Of a stretch of 64,000 bases of DNA, positions 25,901-37,750 are shown one piece after another. Below the pieces are notes generated by a model that saw only the letters and a program-made list of their open reading frames with translations, did not search any database and had not been told where the DNA came from. The translations under genes were made by a program, and so were the position numbers. Within the stretch, counting starts at the first letter, position 1, and each line of letters begins with the position of its first letter. The stretch is from the human T2T-CHM13v2.0 reference genome, Homo sapiens, in NCBI RefSeq assembly GCF_009914755.1, contig NC_060939.1. One strand, given 5' to 3'.

Positions 25901-27542
25901 TATTCAATTCTATTGCATTCCATTCCATTCCATTTGATTACATTCCATGCGATTCCATTCGAATTCGAATCAATTACATTGAAATCCATTACTATTGAGT
26001 CCGTTTTACTCCAGTCCACTCCATTCTGCTCCATTCCATTTGATTCCATTCCATTCTATTCCATTCCGTACAGTTGCATTCCATTGGATTCCATTCTATA
26101 TCTATAAATGCAACTCGAGACCATTGCTTTTGAGTCCATTCTATATGATTCCATTCCATTCAAGTCCATTACATTTGGCTCAATTCTATTCCATTCCATT
26201 CCATTTGATATCAATCCATTCGATTCCATTTCATTCGAGCACATTCCAATCGAGTCCTTTCCATTCGATGCCATTCCATTTGATTCTATTCCATTAGACT
26301 CCATTCAATTCCATTAATCTCCATTCCATTCCATTCTACTCCAACTGATTCCATTCCATTCTATTCCTTTCCATTCCATTCCATTCCATTCGCTTCTATT
26401 CCATTCGTGTCCATTCCACTCCAGTCCATTCCATTCGTGTCCATTCCATTCCAGTCCATTCCATTTGTGTCCACTGCATTCCATTCCACTCCATTCCATA
26501 TTATTCCATTACACTCCATTCCATTCTATTACTTTCATTTCCATTCAGTTCCATTCCATTTGATTCCATTCCACTCGGTTTCAGTCCACTTGAGTCCATT
26601 CCATTCCATTCCATTCTGTTCCATTCCATTCCATTCCATTCCATTCCATTCTGTTCCATTCCATTCCATTCCATTCCATTCGGTACCATTCCATATTGTT
26701 CCATTCGATTCCATTCGAATCCATTCCATTCCAGTCCATTCCATTCGATTCCATTCCATTCCTTTCAATTCCATTCCATTCCATTCGATTCCACTTGATT
26801 CCACTCCATTCCCTTCCACTGCATTCCATTCGATTCCATTCCATTGCATTGCATTCCATTCCATTGGATTGCATTCCATTCGATTCCATTCCATTCGAAT
26901 CAATTACATAGCAATCCATTACATTCGAGTCTGTTCTATTCCGTTGCACTCGATTTCGTTCCAATCCATTCGATTCCATTCCATTCGATTCCATTCCATA
27001 CTATTGCATTCCATTCGATTAAATTATATTCGAATAAATTCCATTCAAGACCATTTCTGTTGAGTCCATTCTACTTGAGTCCATTCCCTTTGATTCCATA
27101 ACATTTGAGTCCACTCAATTCCATTCCTTTCGTTTCCATTCCATTTGATGCCATTCCATTCAATTCTGTTCTACTCGACTCCAATACATTCAATTCCATT
27201 CCATCCGATTCCATTACATTCTTTTCATTTCTTATCCATTTCAAGCCATTCCATTCCATTCCATTCCACTCGTTTCCTTTCCATTCGAGTCCATTCCACT
27301 CCAGTCCATTCCATTCGAATCCATTTCACTCCAGTCCATTCCATTCGAATCCGTGTCACTCCAGTCCATTAAATTCGAGTACATTCCATTCCATTCTATT
27401 CAATGCCATTCCATTCGATTCTATTCCATTCGACACCATTACTTTCCATTCCGTTCCATCCGATTCCATTCCATTGTATTCTATTCAATTCCATTCCATT
27501 GCATTCCATTCGTTTCCATTCCATTCGAATTCATTCCACTCA

Positions 27543-30533
27543 AGTCCATTCCATTCGAGTCCATTCCATTCGATAGCATTCCATACTATTGCATTCCATT
27601 CGATTCCATTGTTTTCGAATAAATTCCAACCGAGACCATTCCTTTCGTGTCCTTTCTATTTGACTGCATTCCATTTGAGTCCATTAAATTTCTGCACATT
27701 CCATTCCTTTCCATTCCATTCCATTCCTTTCGGTGCCATTCCATTCCACTCTACTCCATTCAAGTCCATTCCATTTGAGTCCATTCCACTGATTCGATGC
27801 CATTACATTCAATTCTATTCCATTCGAATCCATTCCATTCCATTTCCTTCCAAACGATTCCATTCCATTCTATTACTTTCTATTCCAATCCATTCCATTC
27901 CGTTCCATTCGTTTCCATTCCATTTGAGTCCACTCCATTCCATTCCATTCCATTCGATTCCATTCCATTCCAGTCCATTCCATTCAAGTCCATTCCACTC
28001 CATTCCATCCCATTCGATATCTTTGATAACACCCCATTCCATTCTGCTCCTTACAACTCAATTCAATTCCAGTCCATTTGATTCCATTCCATTTGATTAC
28101 ATTCCATTCGACTCCATTCCATTCGACTCTATTCCATTCGAGTCCATTCCATTCCATTCCATTGCATTCCTTTCGAATCCCTATTCCATTCCATTTTGTT
28201 ACTGTCCATTCCATTTGAGTCCATTCCATGCCAAACCATTCCATTCGATTCCATTCCAATAGATTCCATTGCACTCGAATCCAGTGCGTTCCATTCCATT
28301 GCTTTCCATTCTATTACATTCCATTGCATTACATTCCATTCCATTTGATTGCATTCCATTCAATTCCATTAATTTCGAATCAATTACATTGCAATCCATT
28401 GCATTCGAGTTCTATTCCAGTCCATTGCATTCCGGCGCATTCCGTTCCATTCCATTCCATTCGATTCCGTTCCATTCGAATCGATTGCATTGCAATGCTT
28501 TACATTCGAGTCCGTTTTATTCCAGTCCAATCCATTCCGTTCCATTCCGTTCGATTCCATTCCATTCGATGCCACTCCATACTATTGTATTTCATTCGAT
28601 TCCATTCTATTCACATAAATTCCATTCGAGACCATTCCTTTCGAGTCCATTCTATTTGAGTCCATTCCATTCGAGTCCATTATATTTGGGTCCATTCCAT
28701 TCAATTCCATTGCAATCCATTCCATTCGATGTCACTCCATTCATTTCTATTCCATTAGAATCCATGCCATTCGAGTCCATTCCATTCTATTCTATTCCAC
28801 TCCATTCCATTCGTTGCCGTTCCATTCAATTCTATTATATTCCACTCCATTTAATTCCATTCCATTCCATTCCATTCTATCCAATTCCATTCCATTCTAT
28901 TCCTTTAAAGTCCATTCCATTCCATTCCATTCGTTTCCATTCCATTCGAGTAAAGTCCACTCCAGTCCTTTCCATTCGAGTCCATTCCTCTCCAGTCCAT
29001 TCCGTTCAATCCATTCCATTCCAGTCCATTCCATTCGAGTCCATTCCATTCGATAGCATTCCATACTATTGCATTCCATTCGATTCCATTGTTTTCGAAT
29101 AAATTCCAACCGAGACCATTCCTTTCGTGTCCTTTCTATTTGACTGCATTCCATTTGAGTCCATTAAATTTCTGCACATTCCATTCCTTTCCATTCCATT
29201 CCATTCCTTTCGGTGCCATTCCATTCCACTCTACTCCATTCAAGTCCATTCCATTTGAGTCCATTCCATTGATTCGATGCCATTACATTCAATTCTATTC
29301 CATTCGAATCCATTCCATTCCATTTCCTTCCAAACGATTCCATTCCATTCTATTACTTTCCATTCCAATCCATTCCATTCCGTTCCATTCGTTTCCATTC
29401 CATTCGAGTCCACTCCATTCCATTCCATACCATTCGATTCCATTCCATTCCAGTCCATTCCATTCAAGTCCATTCCACTGCATTCCATTCCATTCGATAT
29501 CTTTTGATAACACCCCATTCCATTCTGCTCCTTACAATTCAATTCAATTCCAGTCCATTTGATTCCATTCCATTTGATTACATTCCATTCGACTCCATTC
29601 CATTCGACTCTATTCCATTCGAGTCCATTCCATTCCATTCCATTGCATTCCGTTCGAATCGCTATTCCATTCCATTTTGTTACTGTCCATTCCATTTGAG
29701 TCCATTCCATGCCAAACCATTTCATTCGATTCCATTCCAATAGATTCCATTGCACTCGAATCCAGTGCGTTCCATTCCATTGCTTTCCATTCTATTACAT
29801 TCCATTGCATTACATTCCATTCCAATTGATTGCATTCCATTCACTTCCATTAATTTCGAATCAATTACATTGCAATCCATTGCATTCGAGTTCTATTCCA
29901 GTCCATTGCATACCGGCGCATTCCGTTCCATTCCATTCCATTCGATTCCGTTCCATTCGAATCGATTGCATTGCAATGCATTACATTCGAGTCCGTTTTA
30001 TTCCAGTCCAATCCATTCCGTTCCATTCCGTTCGATTCCATTCCATTCGATGCCACTCCATACTATTGTATTTCATTCGATTCCATTCTATTCAAATAAA
30101 TTCCATTCGAGACCATTCCTTTCATGTCCATTCTATTTGAGTCCATTCCATTCGAGTCCATTATATTTGGGTCCATTCCATTCAATTCCATTGCAATCCA
30201 TTCCATTCGATGTCACTCCATTCATTTCTATTCCATTAGAGTCCATGTCATTCGAGTCCATTCCATTCTATACCATTCCACTCCATTCCATTCCATTCCA
30301 CTCCATTCCATTCGTTGCCGTTCCATTCAATTCTATTATATTCCACTCCATTTAATTCCATTCCATTCCATTCCATTCCATTCCATTCTATCCAATTCCG
30401 TTCCATTCTATTCCTTTAAAGTCCATTCCATTCCATTCCATTCGTTTCCATTCCATTCGAGTAAAGTCCACTCCAGTCCTTTCCATTCGAGTCCATTCCT
30501 CTCCAGTCCATTCCGTTCAATCCATTCCATTCC
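27543..30533 (+). repeat. ~1.48-kb tandem duplication of most of the extra module
   Basis: At ~29023-29042 the sequence jumps back to the equivalent of 27543. The private word CGATAGCATT occurs at 27571 and 29051 (offset 1480). The period rises to 4971. Confidence 0.88.
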
Positions 30534-33500
30534 AGTCCATTCCATTCGAGTCCGTTCCATTCCAGTCCATTCCATTCGAGTCAATTCCATTCCATTCGAT
30601 ATCTTTCCATAACGATCCATTCCATTCTATTCCTTTCGATTCCATTCAATTCCATTCCATTCTATTTCATTCCATTCGATTCCCTTCCATTGGACTCCTT
30701 TCCATTCGAGTGCATTCCATTCCGTTCCATTTCTTTCTGTTCTGTATGATTCCTACCGTTCGATTTCATTTTGTTCCAGTCTATTCCTTTCAAGTCCATT
30801 CCATTCCATTTCACTCCATTCGATTCCATTCCACTCGATTCCCCTCCGTTCCATTTCATTGCATTCCATTCTATTCAATTCTATTGCATTCCATTCCATT
30901 CCATTTGATTACATTCCATGCGATTCCATTCGAATTCGAATCAATTACATTGAAATCCATTACTATTGAGTCCGTTTTACTCCAGTCCACTCCATTCCGC
31001 TCCATTCCATTTGATTCCATTCCATTCTATTCCATTCCGTACAGTTGCATTCCATTGGATTGCATTCAATATCTATAAATGCAACTCGAGACCATTGCTT
31101 TTGAGTCCATTCTATATGATTCCATTCCATTCAAGTCCATTACATTTGGTTCAATTCCATTCCATTCCATTCCCTTCCATTCCATTCCATTTGATATCAA
31201 TCCATTCGATTCCATTCCATTCGAGCACATTCCAATTGAGTCCATTCCATTCGATGCCATTCCATTTGATTCTATTCCATTAGACTCCATTCAATTCCAT
31301 TAATCTCCATTCCATTCCATTCTACTCCAACTGATTCCATTCCATTCTATTCCTTTCCATTCCATTCCATTCCATTCGCTTCTATTCCATTCGTGTCCAT
31401 TCCACTCCAGTCCATTCCATTCGTGTCCATTCCATTCCAGTCCATTCCATTTGTGTCCACCGCATTCCATTCCACTCCATTCCATATTATTCCATTACAC
31501 TCCATTCCATTCTATTACTTTCATTTGCATTCAGTTCCATTCCATTTGATTCCATTCCACTCGGTTTCACTCCATTTGAGTCCATTCCATTCCATTCAAT
31601 TAAATTCTGTTCCATTCCATTCCATTCCATTCCATTCCATTCGGTACCATTCCATATTGTTCCATTCGATTCCATTCGAATCCATTCCATTCCAGTCCAT
31701 TCCATTCGATTCCATTCCATTCCTTTCAATTCCATTCCATTCCATTCGATTCCACTTGATTCCACTCCATTCCCTTCCACTGAATTCTTTCGATTCCATT
31801 CCATTGCATTGCATTCCATTCCATTGGATTGCATTCCATTCGATTCCATTCCATTCGAATCAATTACATAGCAATCCATTACATTCGAGTCTGTTCTATT
31901 CCGTTGCATTCGATTTCGTGCCAATCCATTCGATTCCATTCCATTCGATTCCATTCCATACTATTGCATTCCCTTCGATTAAATTATATTCGAATAAATT
32001 CCATTCAAGAGCATTTCTGTTGAGTTCATTCTACTTGAGTCCATTCCCTTTGATTCCATAACATTTGAGTCCATTCAATTCCATTCCTTTCGTTTCCATT
32101 CCATTTGATGCCATTCCATTCAATTCTGTTCTACTCGACTCCAATACATTCAATTCCATTCCATCCGATTCCATTACATTCTTTTCATTTATTATCCATT
32201 TCAAGCCATTCCATTCCATTCCATTCCATTCCACTCGTTTCCTTTCCATTCGAGTCCATTCCACTCTAGTCCATTCCATTCGAATCCACTTCACTCCAGT
32301 CCATTCCATTCGAATCCGTTTCACTCCAGTCCATTAAATTCGAGTACATTCCATTCCATTCTATTCAATGCCATTCCATTCGATTCTATTCCATTCGACA
32401 CCATTCCTTTCCATTCCGTTCCATCCGATTCCATTCCATTGTATTCCATTCAATTTCATTCCATTGCATTCCATTCGTTTCCATTCCATTCGAATTCATT
32501 CCACTCAAGTCCATTCCATTTGAGTCCATTCCATTCGATATCATTCCATACTATTGCATTCCATTCGATTCCATTGTTTTCGAATAAATTCCAACCGAGA
32601 CCATTCCTTTCGTGTCCTTTCTATTTGACTGCATTCCATTTGAGTCCATTAAATTTCTGCACATTCCATTCCTTTCCATTCCATTCCATTCCATTCCTTT
32701 CGGTGCCATTCCATTCCACTCTACTCCATTCAAGTCCATTCCATTTGAGTCCATTCCATTGATTCGATGCCATTACATTCAATTCTATTCCATTCGAATC
32801 CATTCCATTCCATTTCCTTCCAAACGATTCCATTCCATTCTATTACTTTCTATTCCAATCCATTCCATTCCGTTCCATTCGTTTCCATTCCATTCGAGTC
32901 CACTCCATTCCATTCCATACCATTCGATTCCATTCCATTCCAGTCCATTCCATTCAAGTCCATTCCACTGCATTCCATTCCATTCGATATCTTTTGATAA
33001 CACCCCATTCCATTCTGCTCCTTACAATTCAATTCAATTCCAGTCCATTTGATTCCATTCCATTTGATTACATTCCATTCGACTCCATTCCATTCGACTC
33101 TATTCCATTCGAGTCCATTCCATTCCATTCCATTGCATTCCGTTCGAATCGCTATTCCATTCCATTTTGTTACTGTCCATTCCATTTGAGTCCATTCCAT
33201 GCCAAACCATTTCATTCGATTCCATTCCAATAGATTCCATTGCACTCGAATCCAGTGCGTTCCATTCCATTGCTTTCCATTCTATTACATTCCATTGCAT
33301 TACATTCCATTCCAATTGATTGCATTCCATTCACTTCCATTAATTTCGAATCAATTACATTGCAATCCATTGCATTCGAGTTCTATTCCAGTCCATTGCA
33401 TACCGGCGCATTCCGTTCCATTCCATTCCATTCGATTCCGTTCCATTCGAATCGATTGCATTGCAATGCATTACATTCGAGTCCGTTTTATTCCAGTCCA

Positions 33501-36500
33501 ATCCATTCCGTTCCATTCCGTTCGATTCCATTCCATTCGATGCCACTCCATACTATTGTATTTCATTCGATTCCATTCCATTCAAATAAATTCCATTCGA
33601 GACCATTCCTTTCATGTCCATTCTATTTGAGTCCATTCCATTCGAGTCCATTATATTTGGGTCCATTCCATTCAATTCCATTGCAATCCATTCCATTCGA
33701 TGTCACTCCATTCATTTCTATTCCATTAGAGTCCATGTCATTCGAGTCCATTCCATTCTATACCATTCCACTCCTTTCCATTCCATTCCACTCCATTCCA
33801 TTCGTTGCCGTTCCATTCAATTCTATTATATTCCACTCCATTTAATTCCATTCCATTCCATTCCATTCCATTCCATTCTATCCAATTCCGTTCCATTCTA
33901 TTCCTTTAAAGTCCATTCCATTCCATTCCATTCGTTTCCATTCCATTCGAGTAAAGTCCACTCCAGTCCTTTCCATTCGAGTCCATTCCTCTCCAGTCCA
34001 TTCCGTTCAATCCATTCCATTCCAGTCCATTCCATTCGAGTCCGTTCCATTCCAGTCCATTCCATTCGAGTCAATTCCATTCCATTCGATATCTTTCCAT
34101 AACGATCCATTCCATTCTATTCCTTTCGATTCCATTCAATTCCATTCCATTCTATTTCATTCCATTCGATTCCCTTCCATTGGACTCCTTTCCATTCGAG
34201 TGCATTCCATTCTGTTCCATTTCTTTCCGTTCTGTACGATTCCTACCGTTCGATTTCATTTTTTTCCAGTCCTTTTCTTTCGCGTCCATTCCATTCCATT
34301 TCACTCCATTCGATTCCATTCCACTCGATTCCACTTCATTCCATTTCATTGCATTCCATTCTATTCAACTCTATTGCCTTCCATTCCATTCCATTCGATT
34401 ACATTCCATGCGATTCCATTCGAAATCGAATAAATTACATTGCAATCCATTACTAATGAGTCCGTTTTATTCCAGTCCACTGCATTCTGGTCCATTGCAT
34501 TTGATTCCATTCCATTCTATTCCATTCCATACAGTTGCATTCCATTGGATTCCATTCTATATCTATAAATTCAATTCGAGACCATTGCTTTGGAGTCCAT
34601 TCTATATGATTCCATTCCATTCATGTCCATTACATTTGGATCCATTCCATTCCATTCCATTAACTTCCATTCCATTCCATTTGATATCAATCCATTCGAT
34701 TCCATTCCATTCGAGCACATTCCATTCGAGTCCATTCCATTCGATGCCATTCCATTTGATTCTATTCCATTAGTCTCCATTCAATTCCATTAATCTCCAT
34801 TCCATTCCATTCTACTCCAACTGATTCCATTCCATTCTATTCCTTTCCATTCCATTTCATTCCAGTAGGTTCTATTTCATTCCATTTCATTCCATTCCAT
34901 TCCATTTCATTCCATTCCATTCAATTCGCTTCCATTCCTTTCGTGTCCATTCCACTCCAGTCCATTCCACTCGTGTCCATTCCATTCCAGTCCATTCCAT
35001 TTGTGTCTACTGCATTCCATTCCACTCCATTTCATATTATTCCATTACACTCCATTGCATTCTATTACTTTCATTTCCTTTCAATTCCATTCCATTTGAT
35101 TCCATTCCACTCGGTTTCATTCCATTTGAGTCCATTCCTTTCCATTCCATTCCATTCCATTCCATTCCATTCCATTCCATTCATTCAGTTCCATTCCATT
35201 CTGTTCCATTTCATTCAATTCCATTCCATTCCATTCCATTCCATTCGGTAGCATTCCATATTGTTCCATTCGATTCCATTCGAATCCATTCCATTCCAGT
35301 CCATTGCATTCGATTCAATTCCATTCCTTTCAATACCATTCCATTCCATTCCATTCCACTTGATTCCACTCCATTCCCTTCCACTGCATTCCATTCGATT
35401 CCATTCAATTGCATTTCATTCCATTCCATTGGATTGCATTCCATTCGATTCCATTCCATTCGAATTAATTACATAGCAATCCATTACATTCGAGTCTATT
35501 CTATTCCGTTCCATTCGATTTCGTTCCAATGCATTCGATTCCATTCCATTCGATTCCATTCCATACTATTGCATTCCATTCGATTAAATTATATTCGAAT
35601 AAGTTCCATTCAATACCATTTCTTTTGAGTCCATTCTATTTGAGTCCATTCCCTTTGATTCCATAACATTTGAGTCCATTCAATTCCATTCCTTTCGTTT
35701 CCATTCCATTTGATGCCATTCCATTCAATTCTGTTCTACTCGACTCCAATACATTCAATTCCATTCCATCCGATTCCATTACATTCTTTTCATTTCTTAT
35801 CCATTTCAAGCCATTTCATTCCATTCCATTCCACTCGTTTCCTTTTCATTCGAGTCCATTCCTCTCCAGTCCATTCCGTTCAATCCATTCCATTCCAGTC
35901 CATTCCATTCGAGTCCGATCCATTCCAGTCCATTCCATTCGAGTCAATTCCATTCCATTCGATGTCTTTCCATAACGATCCATTCCATTCTATTCCTTTC
36001 GATTCCATTCCGTTCTATTTCATTCCATTCGATTCCCTTCCATTGGACTCCTTTCCATTCGAGTGCATTCCATTCCGTTCCATTTCTTTCCTTTCTGAAC
36101 GATTCCTACCGTTCGATTTCATTTTGTTCCAGTCCATTCCTTTCGCGTCCATTCCATTCCATTTCACTCCATTCGATTCCGTTCCATTCGATTCCATTCC
36201 ACTCGATTCCACTTCGTTCCATTTCATTGCATTCCATTCTATTCAACTCTATTGCCTTCCATTCCATTCCATTCGATTACATTCCATGCGATTCCATTCG
36301 AAATCGAATCAATTACATTGCAATCCATTACTATTGAGTCCGTTTTATTCCAGTCCACTGCATTCTGGTCCATTCCATTTGATTCCATTCCATTCTATTC
36401 CATTCCATACAGTTGCATTCCATTGGATTCCATTCTATATCTATAAATTCAATTAGAGACCATTGCTTTTGAGTCCATTCTATATGATTCCATTCCATTC

Positions 36501-36780
36501 AAGTCCATTACATTTGGTTCAGTTCCATTCCATTTCATTTCCTTCCATTCCATTCCATTTGATATCAATCCATTCGATTCCATTCCATTCGAGCACATTC
36601 CATTCGAGTCCATTCCATTCGATGCCATTCCATTTGATTCTATTCCATTAGTCTCCATTCAATTCCATTAATCTCCATTCCATTCCATTCTACTCCAACT
36701 GATTCTATTCCTTTCCATTCCATTTCATTCCATTACGTTCCATTTCATTCCATTCCATTCCATTGCATTCCCTTCATTCC

Positions 36781-37750
36781 ATTCGTGTCCATTCCACTCC
36801 AGTCCATTCCATTCGTGTCCATTCCATTCCAGTCCATTCCATTTGTGTCCACTGCATTCCATTCCACTCCATTCCATATTATTCCATTACACTGCATTCC
36901 ATTCTATTACTTTCATTTCCATTCAATTCCATTCCTTTTGATTCCATTCCACTCGGTTTCATTCCATTTGAGTCCATTCCATTCCATTCCATTCCATTCA
37001 GTTCCATTCCATTCGGTTCCATTCCATTCCATTCCATCCCATCCCATTCCATTCCATTCCATTCCATTCGCTACCATTCCATATTGTTCCATTCGATTCC
37101 ATTCGAATCCATTCCATTCCAGTCAATTCCATTCGATTCCAATCCATTCCTTTCAATTCCATTCCATTCCATTCCATTCCACTTGATTCCACTCCATTCC
37201 CTTCCACTGCATTCCATTCGAATCCATTCAATTGCATTGCATTCCATTCCATTGGATTGCATTCCATTCGCTTCCATTCCATTCGTGTCCATTCCATTCG
37301 TCTCCATTCCATGCCAGTCCATTCCATTTGTGTCCACTGCATTCCATTTCACTCCATTCCATATTATTCCATTACACTCCATTCCATTCTATTACAGTCA
37401 TTTCCATTCAATTCCATTCCATTTGATTCCATTCCACTCGGTTTCATTCCATTTGAGTCCATTCCATTCCATTCCATTCAGTTCCATTCCATTCTGTTGC
37501 ATTCCTTTCCATTCCATTCCATTCCATTCGGTACCATTCCATATTGTTCCATTCCATTCCATTCGAATCCATACCATTCCAGTCCATTCCATTCGATTCC
37601 ATTAGATTCCTTTCAATTCCATTCCATTCTATTCCATTCCACTTGATTCCACTCCCTTCCCTTCCACTGCATTCCATTCGAATCCATTCCATTGCATTGC
37701 ATTCCATTCCATTGGATTGCATTCCATTCGATTCCATTCCATTCGAATCA
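36781..37750 (+). repeat. ~490-bp diverged tandem duplication inside a 1.8-kb unit
   Basis: ATTTGTGTCCACTGC at 36841 and 37326. CACTCGGTTTC and CATATTGTTCC also each occur twice. The period is 2283. Confidence 0.85.

Larger units (their letters stand above)
2426..34150 (+). repeat. Block of nine ~3.5-kb higher-order HSat3 units
   Basis: CATAACGATCC landmark at 1966, 5386, 8816, 12291, 15766, 19277, 22127, 25637, 30608 and 34098 (periods 3420, 3430, 3475, 3475, 3511, 2850, 3510, 4971, 3490). Diagnostic alleles are GATATCTTTCC, CGAATTCGAATC, CCGGCGCA and GAGTAAAGTCC. Confidence 0.92.

Noticed and set aside
2426-34150. Identification of the 3.5-kb unit as Y-chromosome DYZ1 (3.56 kb)
   Set aside because: The match is in size only. 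I saw no once-per-unit HaeIII GGCC site, which defines DYZ1, and half of the unit is collinear with the 1.8-kb KpnI unit. An alignment to DYZ1 would settle it.
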